Assembly (NCBI GenBank): GCA_002792995.1
Contig: PFPJ01000064.1
Location: 1-36,437 of the forward strand
Length of the DNA: 36,437 bases
Direction: 5' to 3'
DNA from: Candidatus Magasanikbacteria bacterium CG_4_10_14_0_2_um_filter_41_10
GTDB lineage: Bacteria > Patescibacteriota > Patescibacteriia > Magasanikbacterales > UBA922
Positions 1-9,786 of this stretch are shown one piece after another; positions within the stretch are counted from its first letter, which is position 1, and each line of letters begins with the position of its first letter. The notes under the pieces were generated by a model, which was given only the letters and a program-made list of their open reading frames with translations, made no database searches and was not told the origin of the DNA. The translations under genes were made by a program, and so were the position numbers.

Positions 1-880
1 AATTTTTTTGACAGGTGGAAATGGTTTCATTGGTAGAAATATCATTGAGCAACTTGGTGGCACCTATACAATATATGCACCCTCACGAAGTGAGCTGGAT
101 TTGTTGGATAGTAATGCCGTATATACATATTTGCAGAAATATCCTGTAGATATTGTTATTCATGCAGCAAATATTGGTGGAAAGCGAAATAGTACTGATA
201 CCGGTGATTGGGAAGAAAAAAATATGGCTATGTTCCAACATATCATAGCAGCAAAAGAATTTTTTTCACGTATGATCATGTTGGGATCGGGGGCAGAATA
301 TGACAAGAGTAAAGCAATATCTTTGGTTTCTGAAGAAGATTTTGGCACTTCAGTCCCAAAAGATGGATATGGAAAATGTAAATGGGACATATCAAATTTT
401 GCCGAACAGGTTGATTACATTACACATTTGCGCCTTTTTGCTATGTTTGGCCCGTATGAAGATTATAGAGTCCGATGTATATCAAATAATATCTGTAGAG
501 CGATATATAATATCCCATTACGCGTAAACCAAAATGTTTATTTTGATTACACGTATATAGATGATTTGGTTCGTATCATTGATTGGTTTCTACAGCAGGA
601 GACTGTGTTGTATAAACACTATAACATTTGTTCTAATCGACAGGTTGATTTGGTATCTCTTGCTCAGCTTATTCAAAAATTTTCTAAAAATGAAGTGGAA
701 ATTCAAGTGGCTAAACCAGGATTTGGAAATGAGTATACTGGAAACAATGATAGGTTACTTGCTGAGTTGGGTGATTTTCAGTTTACACCAATTGAAGAAG
801 CTATTCGATTATTGTATACATGGTATGAACAACGAAAGCCCACTATAGACAAGGAATCTTTGTTTTTTGATGGAAGATAA
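1..880 (+). CDS. Extended-SDR sugar-nucleotide epimerase/reductase (GDP-L-fucose-synthase-like); 5' end probably cut by the window edge
   Basis: ORF 8..880. The same frame is open back to base 2, giving ..IFLTGGNGFIGRNI (beta1 strand + GxxGxxG), so the listed TTG is probably internal. SELDLLDSNAV block as in Fcl-type enzymes; YGKCK = YxxxK. Confidence 0.7.
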   Translation, partial: IFLTGGNGFIGRNIIEQLGGTYTIYAPSRSELDLLDSNAVYTYLQKYPVDIVIHAANIGGKRNSTDTGDWEEKNMAMFQHIIAAKEFFSRMIMLGSGAEYDKSKAISLVSEEDFGTSVPKDGYGKCKWDISNFAEQVDYITHLRLFAMFGPYEDYRVRCISNNICRAIYNIPLRVNQNVYFDYTYIDDLVRIIDWFLQQETVLYKHYNICSNRQVDLVSLAQLIQKFSKNEVEIQVAKPGFGNEYTGNNDRLLAELGDFQFTPIEEAIRLLYTWYEQRKPTIDKESLFFDGR

Positions 881-890
881 AAGGTTTTTT

Positions 891-920
891 TTGGGATAGT
901 ACAGGGTTGAAATTTATAGT
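891..920 (+). promoter_or_regulatory. Possible sigma70-type promoter ahead of rfbH (TTGGGA-18-TATAGT)
   Basis: TTGGGA 891-896, 18-nt spacer, TATAGT 915-920, 35 nt before the ATG at 956. The -35 is weak and the spacer is one nt long. Confidence 0.3.
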
Positions 921-955
921 ATATATTGATAACATAGATTCATAAAAATTTTAAT

Positions 956-2254
956 ATGGATGATACATTAGTAGAAGCAGTTATTGCTACATATAGAGAA
1001 AAATTTCCGTCACGAACGTTTACCCCGGGTGAGTCTTTTGTACCTGTTTCCGGAAAAATATTTGATGAACACGAGATGCTCAATATGGTCGAAGCGGTGA
1101 TGGATGGGTGGTGGACTGGAGGGCGTTTTTCAGATCTATTTGAGCGCCGTCTTGCAAAATGGGTGGGCGTAAAATATGCAGCACTGGTAAATTCCGGTTC
1201 CTCTGCAAATCTGGTTGCTTTTTCAGCTCTCACGTCAATGAAGTTGGGAGAAAAGCGTCTGAAGCCTGGTGATGAGGTTATCAGTGTCGCTGCAGGATTT
1301 CCAACAACGGTGAATCCCATCGTCCAACATGGACTGATTCCAGTCTTTGTCGATGTAGAACTCGGCACATACAATGTATCGATTGAACACATTAAAAAAG
1401 CAATCACTCCAAAGACTCGCGCGATCTTTCTAGCGCATACCCTTGGGAATCCATACGATCTGGACGAGATCGTTGCACTTTGTGAAGAACATGATCTGTG
1501 GTTTATAGAGGACAATTGTGATGGCCTTGGTTCACAATACAATGGCAAAAAAACAGGAACATTCGGTCATGTCGCAACCTGTAGTTTTTATCCAGCGCAC
1601 CACATCACTATGGGAGAGGGAGGAGCTGTGTTTACCAATAATCCACGATTATTCAAAATTATCGAGTCCATCCGTGATTGGGGGAGAGATTGTTGGTGTG
1701 ATACCGGGAAGGATGATACCTGTGGAAAGCGTTTTTGTTGGCAACTTGGTGATTTGCCGTTTGGATATGACCACAAATATACCTACTCTGAGCTTGGGTA
1801 TAATTTGAAAGTTACTGATATGCAAGCTGCGCTTGGGTTGGCACAACTGGAAAAGCTTGATGGTTTCGTAGAAAAACGAAAAGAAAATTTTGCGTATTTG
1901 TACGAACATCTAAAGAAATTTGAGAAGTACTTTATTCTTCCACAATGGTCAGAAAAGGCAGAACCAAGTTGGTTTGGATTTCTCCTCAGTGTAAAAGAGG
2001 ATGCTGGATTTACTCGTACAGATATTATTCAGTTTTTGAATCAGAAAAAGATTGGAACTCGATTACTCTTTGCTGGAAATATTACCAAACAGCCGTATTT
2101 TGTTGAACGACAGATACCTTTCCGTGTAGAAGGAACACTGGATAATACCGACTTTATTATGAATAATACGTTTTGGATTGGGGTATATCCAGGTATCACA
2201 GAGGACATGTTGGAGTATGTCGTAAAAAATATACAAGAGTTTATAAATAAATAA
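956..2254 (+). CDS. rfbH: CDP-4-keto-6-deoxy-D-glucose 3-dehydrase (E1; PMP and [2Fe-2S] enzyme, DegT/DnrJ/EryC1 fold)
   Basis: 432 aa. SFYPAHHIT has His215/216 where aminotransferases carry the PLP lysine. Cys188-X57-Cys246-X1-Cys248-X7-Cys256 reproduces the E1 Fe-S spacing. N-terminal FVPVSGK..GWWTGG..VNSGSSANL resembles RfbH/DdhC/AscC. Confidence 0.85.
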   Translation: MDDTLVEAVIATYREKFPSRTFTPGESFVPVSGKIFDEHEMLNMVEAVMDGWWTGGRFSDLFERRLAKWVGVKYAALVNSGSSANLVAFSALTSMKLGEKRLKPGDEVISVAAGFPTTVNPIVQHGLIPVFVDVELGTYNVSIEHIKKAITPKTRAIFLAHTLGNPYDLDEIVALCEEHDLWFIEDNCDGLGSQYNGKKTGTFGHVATCSFYPAHHITMGEGGAVFTNNPRLFKIIESIRDWGRDCWCDTGKDDTCGKRFCWQLGDLPFGYDHKYTYSELGYNLKVTDMQAALGLAQLEKLDGFVEKRKENFAYLYEHLKKFEKYFILPQWSEKAEPSWFGFLLSVKEDAGFTRTDIIQFLNQKKIGTRLLFAGNITKQPYFVERQIPFRVEGTLDNTDFIMNNTFWIGVYPGITEDMLEYVVKNIQEFINK

Positions 2255-2269
2255 CGTCCTAGTTATTTA

Positions 2270-3196
2270 TTGCAAGTATTTATTGTGATTGTGTCAATTT
2301 CAAATAATAAGACAATACTGTTAACAGGTGCAACAGGGTACCTTGGTGGAAATGTCTTAAAAGAATTAGTTCATAATACGACCTATAAGATTATTATTTT
2401 AAAAAGATCTTTTTCAGATACAAAAAGAATAATTGATTGTTTGGGTACTGTAACGTATTACAATCTAGACGAAGTATCGCTAGAAGAGATTTTTTTGGAA
2501 AATAACATTGATATAATTTTGCACTGCGCAACGGACTATGGACGAAAAAGTGTAGATCCTATGCAAGTTATTGAGGCCAATCTCATCTTACCTGTAAAAT
2601 TGTTAGAACTTGGAAAGAATCATGGTATAACATGCTTTATTAATACAGATACTATTTTGGATAAGAGAATAAACCATTATTCACTTTCCAAAAAACAATT
2701 TAAAGACTGGCTTTTTTCGTATAGAGAGAGTATTGCTTGCGTGAATGTTACATTAGAACATTTTTATGGTCCTTTTGATGACAAGACTAAATTTGTCTCT
2801 TACATCGTGAATAGTCTTCTGGAAGATGTGGAAAAAATTGATCTTACCAAAGGAGAACAAAAAAGAGACTTCGTTTTTATTGAGGATGTCGTGAATGCCT
2901 TTTCAAAAATAATTGATTCCTCAGCACATTTAAAAAAAGGTTTTTTTGAGTTTGAAATTGGGAGCGACAGCATGGTGACCATTAAAGAACTTGTTTTGAT
3001 GATTGCTGAAATTATGAAAAATACAAAAACAGCATTACATTTTGGTGCATTGCCATACAGAGAAAATGAAGTGATGGAAGGTTTGGCAGATGTTACTGCA
3101 ATTAAAAAATTGGGATGGTCGGCGCAGTATTCATTGTATGATGGATTAAAAAAAATGATTGATCAGGAATTACAAGAGTATAATAAAAATATATGA
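2270..3196 (+). CDS. NAD(P)-dependent SDR reductase in the CDP-paratose/abequose synthase (RfbS/RfbJ) position
   Basis: [16 protein letters not shown] Rossmann motif and YSLSK (YxxxK). Sits between rfbH and the tyv-like gene as prt/rfbS does in Salmonella/Yersinia loci. Start uncertain: TTG 2270, or GTG 2285/2291, which have T at -1. ATGA overlap with the next gene. Confidence 0.6.
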   Translation: MQVFIVIVSISNNKTILLTGATGYLGGNVLKELVHNTTYKIIILKRSFSDTKRIIDCLGTVTYYNLDEVSLEEIFLENNIDIILHCATDYGRKSVDPMQVIEANLILPVKLLELGKNHGITCFINTDTILDKRINHYSLSKKQFKDWLFSYRESIACVNVTLEHFYGPFDDKTKFVSYIVNSLLEDVEKIDLTKGEQKRDFVFIEDVVNAFSKIIDSSAHLKKGFFEFEIGSDSMVTIKELVLMIAEIMKNTKTALHFGALPYRENEVMEGLADVTAIKKLGWSAQYSLYDGLKKMIDQELQEYNKNI

Positions 3197-4215
3197 AATA
3201 CCTTATAACGGGTGGTTGTGGTTTTTTGGGTTCAAATCTTGCTGAAGAAGTATTGCAGAGAGGAGATGAGCTTGTCATTTTTGATAATTTATCAAGATAT
3301 GGTTCGAAAAAAAATCTTCTTTGGTTAAAAAGTATTGGTGACTTTACATTTATTCATGGTGATATACGGAATGCGAATGATGTGGATGTGTTGATTTCAC
3401 ACGAGATGCCGGATGTTATTTTTCATCTTGCTGGCCAAGTCGCCATGACCACATCTATCCAAAACCCTCGGAAAGATTTTGAAATAAATGCACTGGGGAC
3501 ATTTAATCTTCTTGACGCTGTAAGAAAATATTCTGCTCACTCAGCGGTTATCTATTCATCCACAAATAAAGTATATGGAGATTTGGAATGGCTTACCTAT
3601 GAAGAAAAAGAGGAACGATACGAAATAACAGAATATCCAAATGGTCTGCCAGAATCGATTCCGCTATCATTTTCATCGCCGTATGGCTGTTCAAAAGGGT
3701 CGGCTGATCAGTATATGATTGATTTCCATCGTATATTTGATTTGAAGACTGTGGTGTTTAGACATTCCTCGATGTATGGTGGTAGGCAATTTTCTACAAC
3801 AGATCAAGGATGGATTGGGTGGTTTTGTGAGCAGGCTCTCAAAACAGCAAATCATGGTATAAGAGAACCGTTTACTATTTCAGGGAATGGAAAACAAGTC
3901 CGAGATGTTCTTCATGCAAAAGACATGGTTGATGTATATTTTTTGGCTGCAGCAAACGTGGATACGATACAGGGAGAAGTATTTAACATTGGAGGCGGCA
4001 TTACCAATAGTTTGTCTTTATTGGAACTTTTTCATATATTGGAGAACAAATTGAATATAACGTTAGAGTACAAAAATTTGCCTCCGAGAGCGTGTGATCA
4101 AAAGGTCTTTGTTGCTGACATACAAAAAGCAAAAGAATTGATAGGTTGGAATCCAAAAATTGATACAATCTCAGGCATTAGCATGATGTTAGAGTGGACA
4201 CAACATATAATATAG
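3193..4215 (+). CDS. rfbE: CDP-paratose 2-epimerase-like (CDP-tyvelose 2-epimerase family)
   Basis: Long colinear motif run remembered from Salmonella Tyv: [108 protein letters not shown]. Confidence 0.8.
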   Translation: MKYLITGGCGFLGSNLAEEVLQRGDELVIFDNLSRYGSKKNLLWLKSIGDFTFIHGDIRNANDVDVLISHEMPDVIFHLAGQVAMTTSIQNPRKDFEINALGTFNLLDAVRKYSAHSAVIYSSTNKVYGDLEWLTYEEKEERYEITEYPNGLPESIPLSFSSPYGCSKGSADQYMIDFHRIFDLKTVVFRHSSMYGGRQFSTTDQGWIGWFCEQALKTANHGIREPFTISGNGKQVRDVLHAKDMVDVYFLAAANVDTIQGEVFNIGGGITNSLSLLELFHILENKLNITLEYKNLPPRACDQKVFVADIQKAKELIGWNPKIDTISGISMMLEWTQHII

Positions 4216-4219
4216 TTTT

Positions 4220-4912
4220 ATGGAAAAAAAAGAATTAAGTATTATTATTCCATCATATTTGGAAGAGGAAAATTTGAATATTATTCTTCCTCGAATTAAT
4301 CATGTTTTACAGGAGATAGGTAATAGTGAAGTATTAGTGATTGATACCGAAGAAGCAATGGATAACACCAAAAAAATATGTGAGGAGAATGCTGTGAGAT
4401 ATATAAACAGAATTGGCGGAAATACCTATGGAGATGCAATACGAACAGGGATAGAACAATCAAATAGCGTATACACCATTTTCATGGATGCTGATGGCTC
4501 CCATGACCCTGAATTTATCAAAAATTTGTATGAAAACAAAGCGGAACAAGATGTAGTGATCGCATCTCGGTATATTGAGGGTGGAGATACTGATAATAGC
4601 AAAATGCTTATTTTGATGAGTTTGATAGTAAATTCGTTGTATGCCTTTGTTCTCAATATTAAGTGTAAAGATATTTCTAACAGCTTTAAGTTATACCATA
4701 CGGTTGATTTAAAAGATTTGAAGCTTTATTGTAATAATTTTGATATTGTTGAAGAAATCCTGTTTAAACTAAAAAAGAAAAAAAAGGAGTTGCATATTAA
4801 AGAATTACCCTTTCTTTTCAAAAAAAGAATGTTTGGTACAACAAAAAGAAATTTATTTTTGTTTATTTTGACATATTTTATTACAATTATTAAATTGCGC
4901 TTTGGGAAATAA
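4220..4912 (+). CDS. GT2 polyprenyl-phosphate glycosyltransferase (DPM1/GtrB/CsbB/ArnC-like)
   Basis: LSIIIPSYLEEENL N-terminus, MDADGSHDP (DxD region), C-terminal hydrophobic helix LFLFILTYFITIIKL. About 230 aa, typical of the lipid-carrier-charging GT2 subgroup. Confidence 0.75.
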   Translation: MEKKELSIIIPSYLEEENLNIILPRINHVLQEIGNSEVLVIDTEEAMDNTKKICEENAVRYINRIGGNTYGDAIRTGIEQSNSVYTIFMDADGSHDPEFIKNLYENKAEQDVVIASRYIEGGDTDNSKMLILMSLIVNSLYAFVLNIKCKDISNSFKLYHTVDLKDLKLYCNNFDIVEEILFKLKKKKKELHIKELPFLFKKRMFGTTKRNLFLFILTYFITIIKLRFGK

Positions 4913-4920
4913 TCTGTATT

Positions 4921-7677
4921 ATGAAGAATATATTCTTGTACCTAGATATAGCTATTCAAGATACCGTGCTGTTTATCAAAAATAATCTATTGGCGGTTAT
5001 CGTATCCGCGCTCTTTTTATTTGGAGTGATTTGGATGGGGTCTGTCATTTCTGTGGTTACGAGTCGTGATATTCTTGATCCATTGACGGTTCAGATAGAT
5101 GGAATAGGAGATGACTCGCTGTCATCGGTGAAGGTCTTGTCGATACTTTCTCGTGCAGGGAATACAGTATATTTAGCGTCTCTTCCAGGACATGCAAATG
5201 AATGGTATAACCCTGGTAAGACATTTATTAGTAAGATATTAGTTGGCTTCAAAACAGAACATTTGGAACAACATTTTATGGTGACTGTGAGTCTTGGCGA
5301 TACGCATTTCACTTATACAAAAGAACAGTTTTTGGATCAGTGGAAGAAGGTAGATGCCAAGAATGATGCATCATTCTTGTATAGTTCAGAAGGTAGTTCT
5401 GAGTATGTCTTGTATGAAGCCCCTGGAAATGTACAGTCGCATCCATTGCATGTTTCATTTGCTCCGCACATCTTTTCTAGTATCAATTTCAATGCGAGCG
5501 AAAAATTGATACAAAAGCCACTCTTTCAGAGCATAAAAATATTTTTCTTAACTGAGATCATGGTGTTATTGATTTTTGTGTTGTTGAACACATATAGAAA
5601 AATAAATCACATTGCATTTGATAAGAGAGAGACGCTGGTGTACCGAAGACGGTATCTTCTTTTTGTATTAAGTGTTGTATCTACTTTTGTTCTTATCGGT
5701 ATATTTGACATCTTGGTAAGGATTTTTTACAAACCTGATACATTACACGTTTTCATGGATGCCTCAAAAATATATTTAAACAGTACATTACCGGCTTTTT
5801 TGCCAAAACCAGTTGAAAGAGTGCAGTTTATGTATAGCATTATGTTCAGTCCATTTTTATTACTATTTTCGTTTGGTTTTTGGAAACGATATATCGTTCA
5901 TGCCACAAAAGAAAAAATTGAGCGTCTTTATCAATTTTTGATGATTGCACTTCCTCATATCGTATTTGCCATAGTCTATATTGGACTTGCCGTGAGCAAT
6001 TTTTTGTATGTCAGCACCAGCTTTTCATTTCATGGGATAGGGAAGTATCTATATGCGTTACTGCTGTTTCCCTTGGGTGTATATGGTATGTTGTTTATGA
6101 AAAAAAAATATAGTACAAGATATATATCATATGCACTTTATATTTTTTATGGCATATGTTTATCTAGTATACTGCTTATAAATGTATTTCCATATAATAT
6201 TTTTACTGAATTGAACGATGCATTTCATCTTGACCCTGTGTTTTATCCGATGTCACAGGTCATGATGGGAAAGACTATGTTAGTAAATCTCGGTGGTTTG
6301 TATGGGTTATATCCAGTATTTTTGCAACCCATTTTTCAGTTGGCGGGCTTGAGTGTGTTATCGTTTACATCAGTTATGGCGTTTTTGCTTGTGTTGAGTT
6401 ATGTTGTTATGTTTTTATTTCTAAAACGAGAAGTAAAACATCCCTTCATTGTATGTATTGGTTTTGCAACTATTTTGTTTTATTATTTGGAAAATGGAAA
6501 TAATGCCATTTCATACTTTCAATATTGGCCAATACGTATACTTTTTCCTAGTCTGGCACTATTACTTATTTCTGTATATGTAAAACACAAAAAGAGAGTA
6601 TGGTACTATCTCATTTTTGCAATGAGCGGACTTTCTATTTTGTGGAATTTAGATTCTGGAATCATTATCTTTCTCTCATGGATGATTACATTGGTATATA
6701 GTGAATTTCTTACAATTCAAAAGAATAGATCTTCGGTGTTGCGTATATTTCGTCATATTGTAGTTGGGTGTCTTACTGTTGGATTAACTTTTTTGATGTA
6801 TAGCGTGTATGCATATCTGCGAAGTGGTTCTTTTGCTGATATGACAATGTTGTGGCAGTATCAAAAATTATTTTTTGCTGGCTACTTTATGATACCAATG
6901 CCATTCCCTCATGTATGGATAGTCGCAGCATTAATATTTCTTGTTGGCCTCCTACTGGCGGTAAAAGGGTGGCTGAATAAGGAAGAACGATCTAATCCTG
7001 ACATGAGAGCAAAAAATATTGTTATCTTTTTTCTTACTGTTATGGGACTTGGTTTGTTTACCTACTATGAAGGAAGATCACATGATTTGACATTTTATGG
7101 GCCAATGTTCACTGTCATATTATTATTGACCCTTTTTGCTGATATTCTGTATCAGAACTACGTGACACATACAGAACGGTATGGCTATGGAATTTTCTTT
7201 TTGTTTATTTTCTTTTTTCTTTTTTCATCACCAATTAATTTAATTGCTAATTCTGGGAAATATTATTCTTGGGTTACGACGAGAGCGTCCACTCTATTGC
7301 AGGGTTCTCAGACAATGATGACCAGAAATGTTGATTTTATACAAAGTCATACTACGAGGGGAGAACATATCATTATTTTTTCAAAGAAGTTTTATGATGG
7401 AATATTTTATGGTGAATCTAGAACAAGATCATCAATGGATATTTCTGCTTCTACAGATATTTTTTTCAAAAGCGAAGTTGAATATCTGATGCATTTTTTG
7501 AAATGCAATACAAATGATAAAGTTTTTGTATACCCTTCTTCTGACTATGCGTATTATGATGATTACGTAGATGATATACTACGTAATGAGTATAGTGTCG
7601 TTGACAAAAGTACTGATGATATGGTTTTTCTGATGAAAAATGTAAGTAGCACTGTAAGTGAAGGTTGTATTGATTAA
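4921..7677 (+). CDS. 918-aa polytopic membrane protein, candidate GT-C-type (YfhO/ArnT-like) glycosyltransferase or polymerase; family not recognised
   Basis: One N-terminal TM (LLAVIVSALFLFGVIWMGSVISVV), a ~160-aa soluble segment, many hydrophobic helices from about aa 205 to 760, and a ~150-aa soluble C-terminus. Starts 9 nt after the GT2 gene. Confidence 0.55.
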   Translation: MKNIFLYLDIAIQDTVLFIKNNLLAVIVSALFLFGVIWMGSVISVVTSRDILDPLTVQIDGIGDDSLSSVKVLSILSRAGNTVYLASLPGHANEWYNPGKTFISKILVGFKTEHLEQHFMVTVSLGDTHFTYTKEQFLDQWKKVDAKNDASFLYSSEGSSEYVLYEAPGNVQSHPLHVSFAPHIFSSINFNASEKLIQKPLFQSIKIFFLTEIMVLLIFVLLNTYRKINHIAFDKRETLVYRRRYLLFVLSVVSTFVLIGIFDILVRIFYKPDTLHVFMDASKIYLNSTLPAFLPKPVERVQFMYSIMFSPFLLLFSFGFWKRYIVHATKEKIERLYQFLMIALPHIVFAIVYIGLAVSNFLYVSTSFSFHGIGKYLYALLLFPLGVYGMLFMKKKYSTRYISYALYIFYGICLSSILLINVFPYNIFTELNDAFHLDPVFYPMSQVMMGKTMLVNLGGLYGLYPVFLQPIFQLAGLSVLSFTSVMAFLLVLSYVVMFLFLKREVKHPFIVCIGFATILFYYLENGNNAISYFQYWPIRILFPSLALLLISVYVKHKKRVWYYLIFAMSGLSILWNLDSGIIIFLSWMITLVYSEFLTIQKNRSSVLRIFRHIVVGCLTVGLTFLMYSVYAYLRSGSFADMTMLWQYQKLFFAGYFMIPMPFPHVWIVAALIFLVGLLLAVKGWLNKEERSNPDMRAKNIVIFFLTVMGLGLFTYYEGRSHDLTFYGPMFTVILLLTLFADILYQNYVTHTERYGYGIFFLFIFFFLFSSPINLIANSGKYYSWVTTRASTLLQGSQTMMTRNVDFIQSHTTRGEHIIIFSKKFYDGIFYGESRTRSSMDISASTDIFFKSEVEYLMHFLKCNTNDKVFVYPSSDYAYYDDYVDDILRNEYSVVDKSTDDMVFLMKNVSSTVSEGCID

Positions 7678-7727
7678 GGAAGAGAGGGTGTGGTAGCCTA
7701 CTATATACAAATGTAAATTGAAAACAT

Positions 7728-8786
7728 ATGATTGATCCTAAACATATACATGAAAAAGATTTTGAATTTATTGTAAACCAACCGTTACCTTGGAAAAATC
7801 TGGAAGGAAAGGTCGTTTTGGTTACTGGTGCGAGTGGTATGATCGCATCGCGTATGGTCGAAGTACTTTTGTATTTAAATAAAAAAGTGTTTACAAAAAA
7901 GAGTACTATCTATGCCGTTGTACGAGATAAGGGCAAGGCTCTTCAGCGATTTGATCAGTATGTCAATGATGAACATCTCAACATAATTGTTGGAGATGTG
8001 AGTCAGCCTCTTTCATTTGATAAAAAAGTGGATGTGATTATCCATGCAGCCAGTCAAGCGAGCCCAATTTATTTTGGTAAAGATCCTGTTGGAACGCTCT
8101 TGCCAAATGTAGTGGGGACATATCATTTACTTGAGTTGGCACGGCGTGATTCTGTAGATAGTTTTTTATTTATTAGCTCTGGCGAAGTATATGGTGAAGT
8201 GACAGATGAACAAGTACCCATCAAAGAAACGACGTTTGGATACATAGATATAAATAATTTGAGGGCTTGTTATTCTGAAAGTAAAAGAATGGGGGAAACG
8301 ATGTGTGTGAGTTGGTTTCATCAGTTTGGTGTCCCTGTGAAGATTGTAAGACCTTTCCATATTTATGGATACGGACTAAAACCTCATGATGGAAGAGTAT
8401 TCGGAGATTTTATTTTTGATATTGTGAATAGGCGAGATATTGTTATGAAAAGTGATGGTCAAGTAAAACGATCGTTTTGTTATTTGGCGGATGCTGTAGC
8501 AGGTTTTTTTACCGTATTACTGAAAGGAGAACTATGTTCTGTCTACAATGTTGGCAATGATACCACGGTGATAACAATAATTGATCTAGCGAATAGGTTG
8601 GTTACCCTGTTTCCAGAGCGTGATCTCAAGGTTATAAAGAAAGAAAGAATTTTGTCCAAAGGATATCTACAAAGTAGTGTAATTAGTACATATCCTGATA
8701 TTACAAAAATTAAACAATTGGGATGGAAGCCTGTTTTTTCTATTGAAGAAGGATTTACACGGGCCATAGAAAGTATAGAATCATAA
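7728..8786 (+). CDS. NAD-dependent sugar-nucleotide epimerase/dehydratase (UDP-glucuronate decarboxylase-like SDR)
   Basis: VVLVTGASGMIASRM Rossmann motif, SSGEVYG, YSESKRMGE (YxxxK). Confidence 0.75.
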   Translation: MIDPKHIHEKDFEFIVNQPLPWKNLEGKVVLVTGASGMIASRMVEVLLYLNKKVFTKKSTIYAVVRDKGKALQRFDQYVNDEHLNIIVGDVSQPLSFDKKVDVIIHAASQASPIYFGKDPVGTLLPNVVGTYHLLELARRDSVDSFLFISSGEVYGEVTDEQVPIKETTFGYIDINNLRACYSESKRMGETMCVSWFHQFGVPVKIVRPFHIYGYGLKPHDGRVFGDFIFDIVNRRDIVMKSDGQVKRSFCYLADAVAGFFTVLLKGELCSVYNVGNDTTVITIIDLANRLVTLFPERDLKVIKKERILSKGYLQSSVISTYPDITKIKQLGWKPVFSIEEGFTRAIESIES

Positions 8787-8787
8787 T

Positions 8788-9786
8788 ATGAGTATCAACA
8801 AGCCCTTGTTAAGTATTTGTATCCCCACTTATTGTAGGGCTCCTTATTTGCAGGAATGTCTAGCTTCCCTTACGAAACAGTTTGAACAAAATTCTGCCTT
8901 GTTGAATATGGTTGAGATCGTTATTTCAGATAATGCGAGTACTGACAACACAACAGAAATTGTTTCGAATTTTCAAAAAAAATATAATAATATTAAATAC
9001 GTCCGTAATGACACAAATGTAGGCCCAGATGAAAATTATATACACTCAGTGTTAAAAGCAAATGGGACGTATGGTTGGCTTATGGGTGACGATGATTTTA
9101 TCGTACAGGGTGGCATTTCTTTTGTGGTAGATTTTTTACAACAGAATAGAGTGTCGGTCTTTACCTTTGATTCAAAACCATTTTTACATCTGGAAGATGC
9201 TACTCAAAGGAAAAATTGTAGTATAGATACTTCAGATATTTCTTTTTTTTCTTCACACGATGAATTTTTTCAAAAAGGGTATTGCGTAGGCATATTATGT
9301 ATGACTGTCTTTGATCGTGAGTTGTGGTTGAAAACTGACAGAACACAGTACAGTCCTGGGTGGTCATACTATGAAATTGAATTACAGATGATTGCTCAGT
9401 CTTCATTAAAGATGGCACATGCCTCTTATCCTCTTGTGATTGTCAGAGAAGATTGTGCATGGGTAAAAGATGGTATGGAACTTTTTACGTTTATCAATTC
9501 TAATAATGTAACGAAAAAGATGATGACCTTTGGATATGATACGGTAACACTCTCTGAGAGTTTGTTTAAAAACAGTAAACGTATAGTCATAATTTTGCTG
9601 AGGGCAAAGGGAAATGGATTGGACTGTAACGTGAAAAATTTGAAATATATTTATTCAAATGTGAGAGAAGCTGGATTTTTTTATTTGTGTTTAACTACAT
9701 TGGTCTATGTTATTCCGAATAGTGCAATTCGGGCAGTACGAGATATTAAAAAGTTTATTTTGAATAAAAAACATTTTGTTCTATGA
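8788..9786 (+). CDS. GT2 family glycosyltransferase
   Basis: LSICIPTYCRAPYLQECLASL, ISDNASTDNT, MGDDD (DxD); C-terminal hydrophobic helix. Confidence 0.75.
   Translation: MSINKPLLSICIPTYCRAPYLQECLASLTKQFEQNSALLNMVEIVISDNASTDNTTEIVSNFQKKYNNIKYVRNDTNVGPDENYIHSVLKANGTYGWLMGDDDFIVQGGISFVVDFLQQNRVSVFTFDSKPFLHLEDATQRKNCSIDTSDISFFSSHDEFFQKGYCVGILCMTVFDRELWLKTDRTQYSPGWSYYEIELQMIAQSSLKMAHASYPLVIVREDCAWVKDGMELFTFINSNNVTKKMMTFGYDTVTLSESLFKNSKRIVIILLRAKGNGLDCNVKNLKYIYSNVREAGFFYLCLTTLVYVIPNSAIRAVRDIKKFILNKKHFVL

Noticed and set aside
940-1548. 202-aa minus-strand ORF
   Set aside because: It lies entirely antisense to the strongly supported rfbH gene and has a Ser/Arg-rich, low-complexity composition with no motifs.
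3194-3196. Possibility of UGA recoding (genetic code 4 or 25, as in some candidate phyla)
   Set aside because: TGA ends the genes at 3196 and 9786 at positions that match family-typical C-termini, and all homologous ORFs are intact under the standard code.
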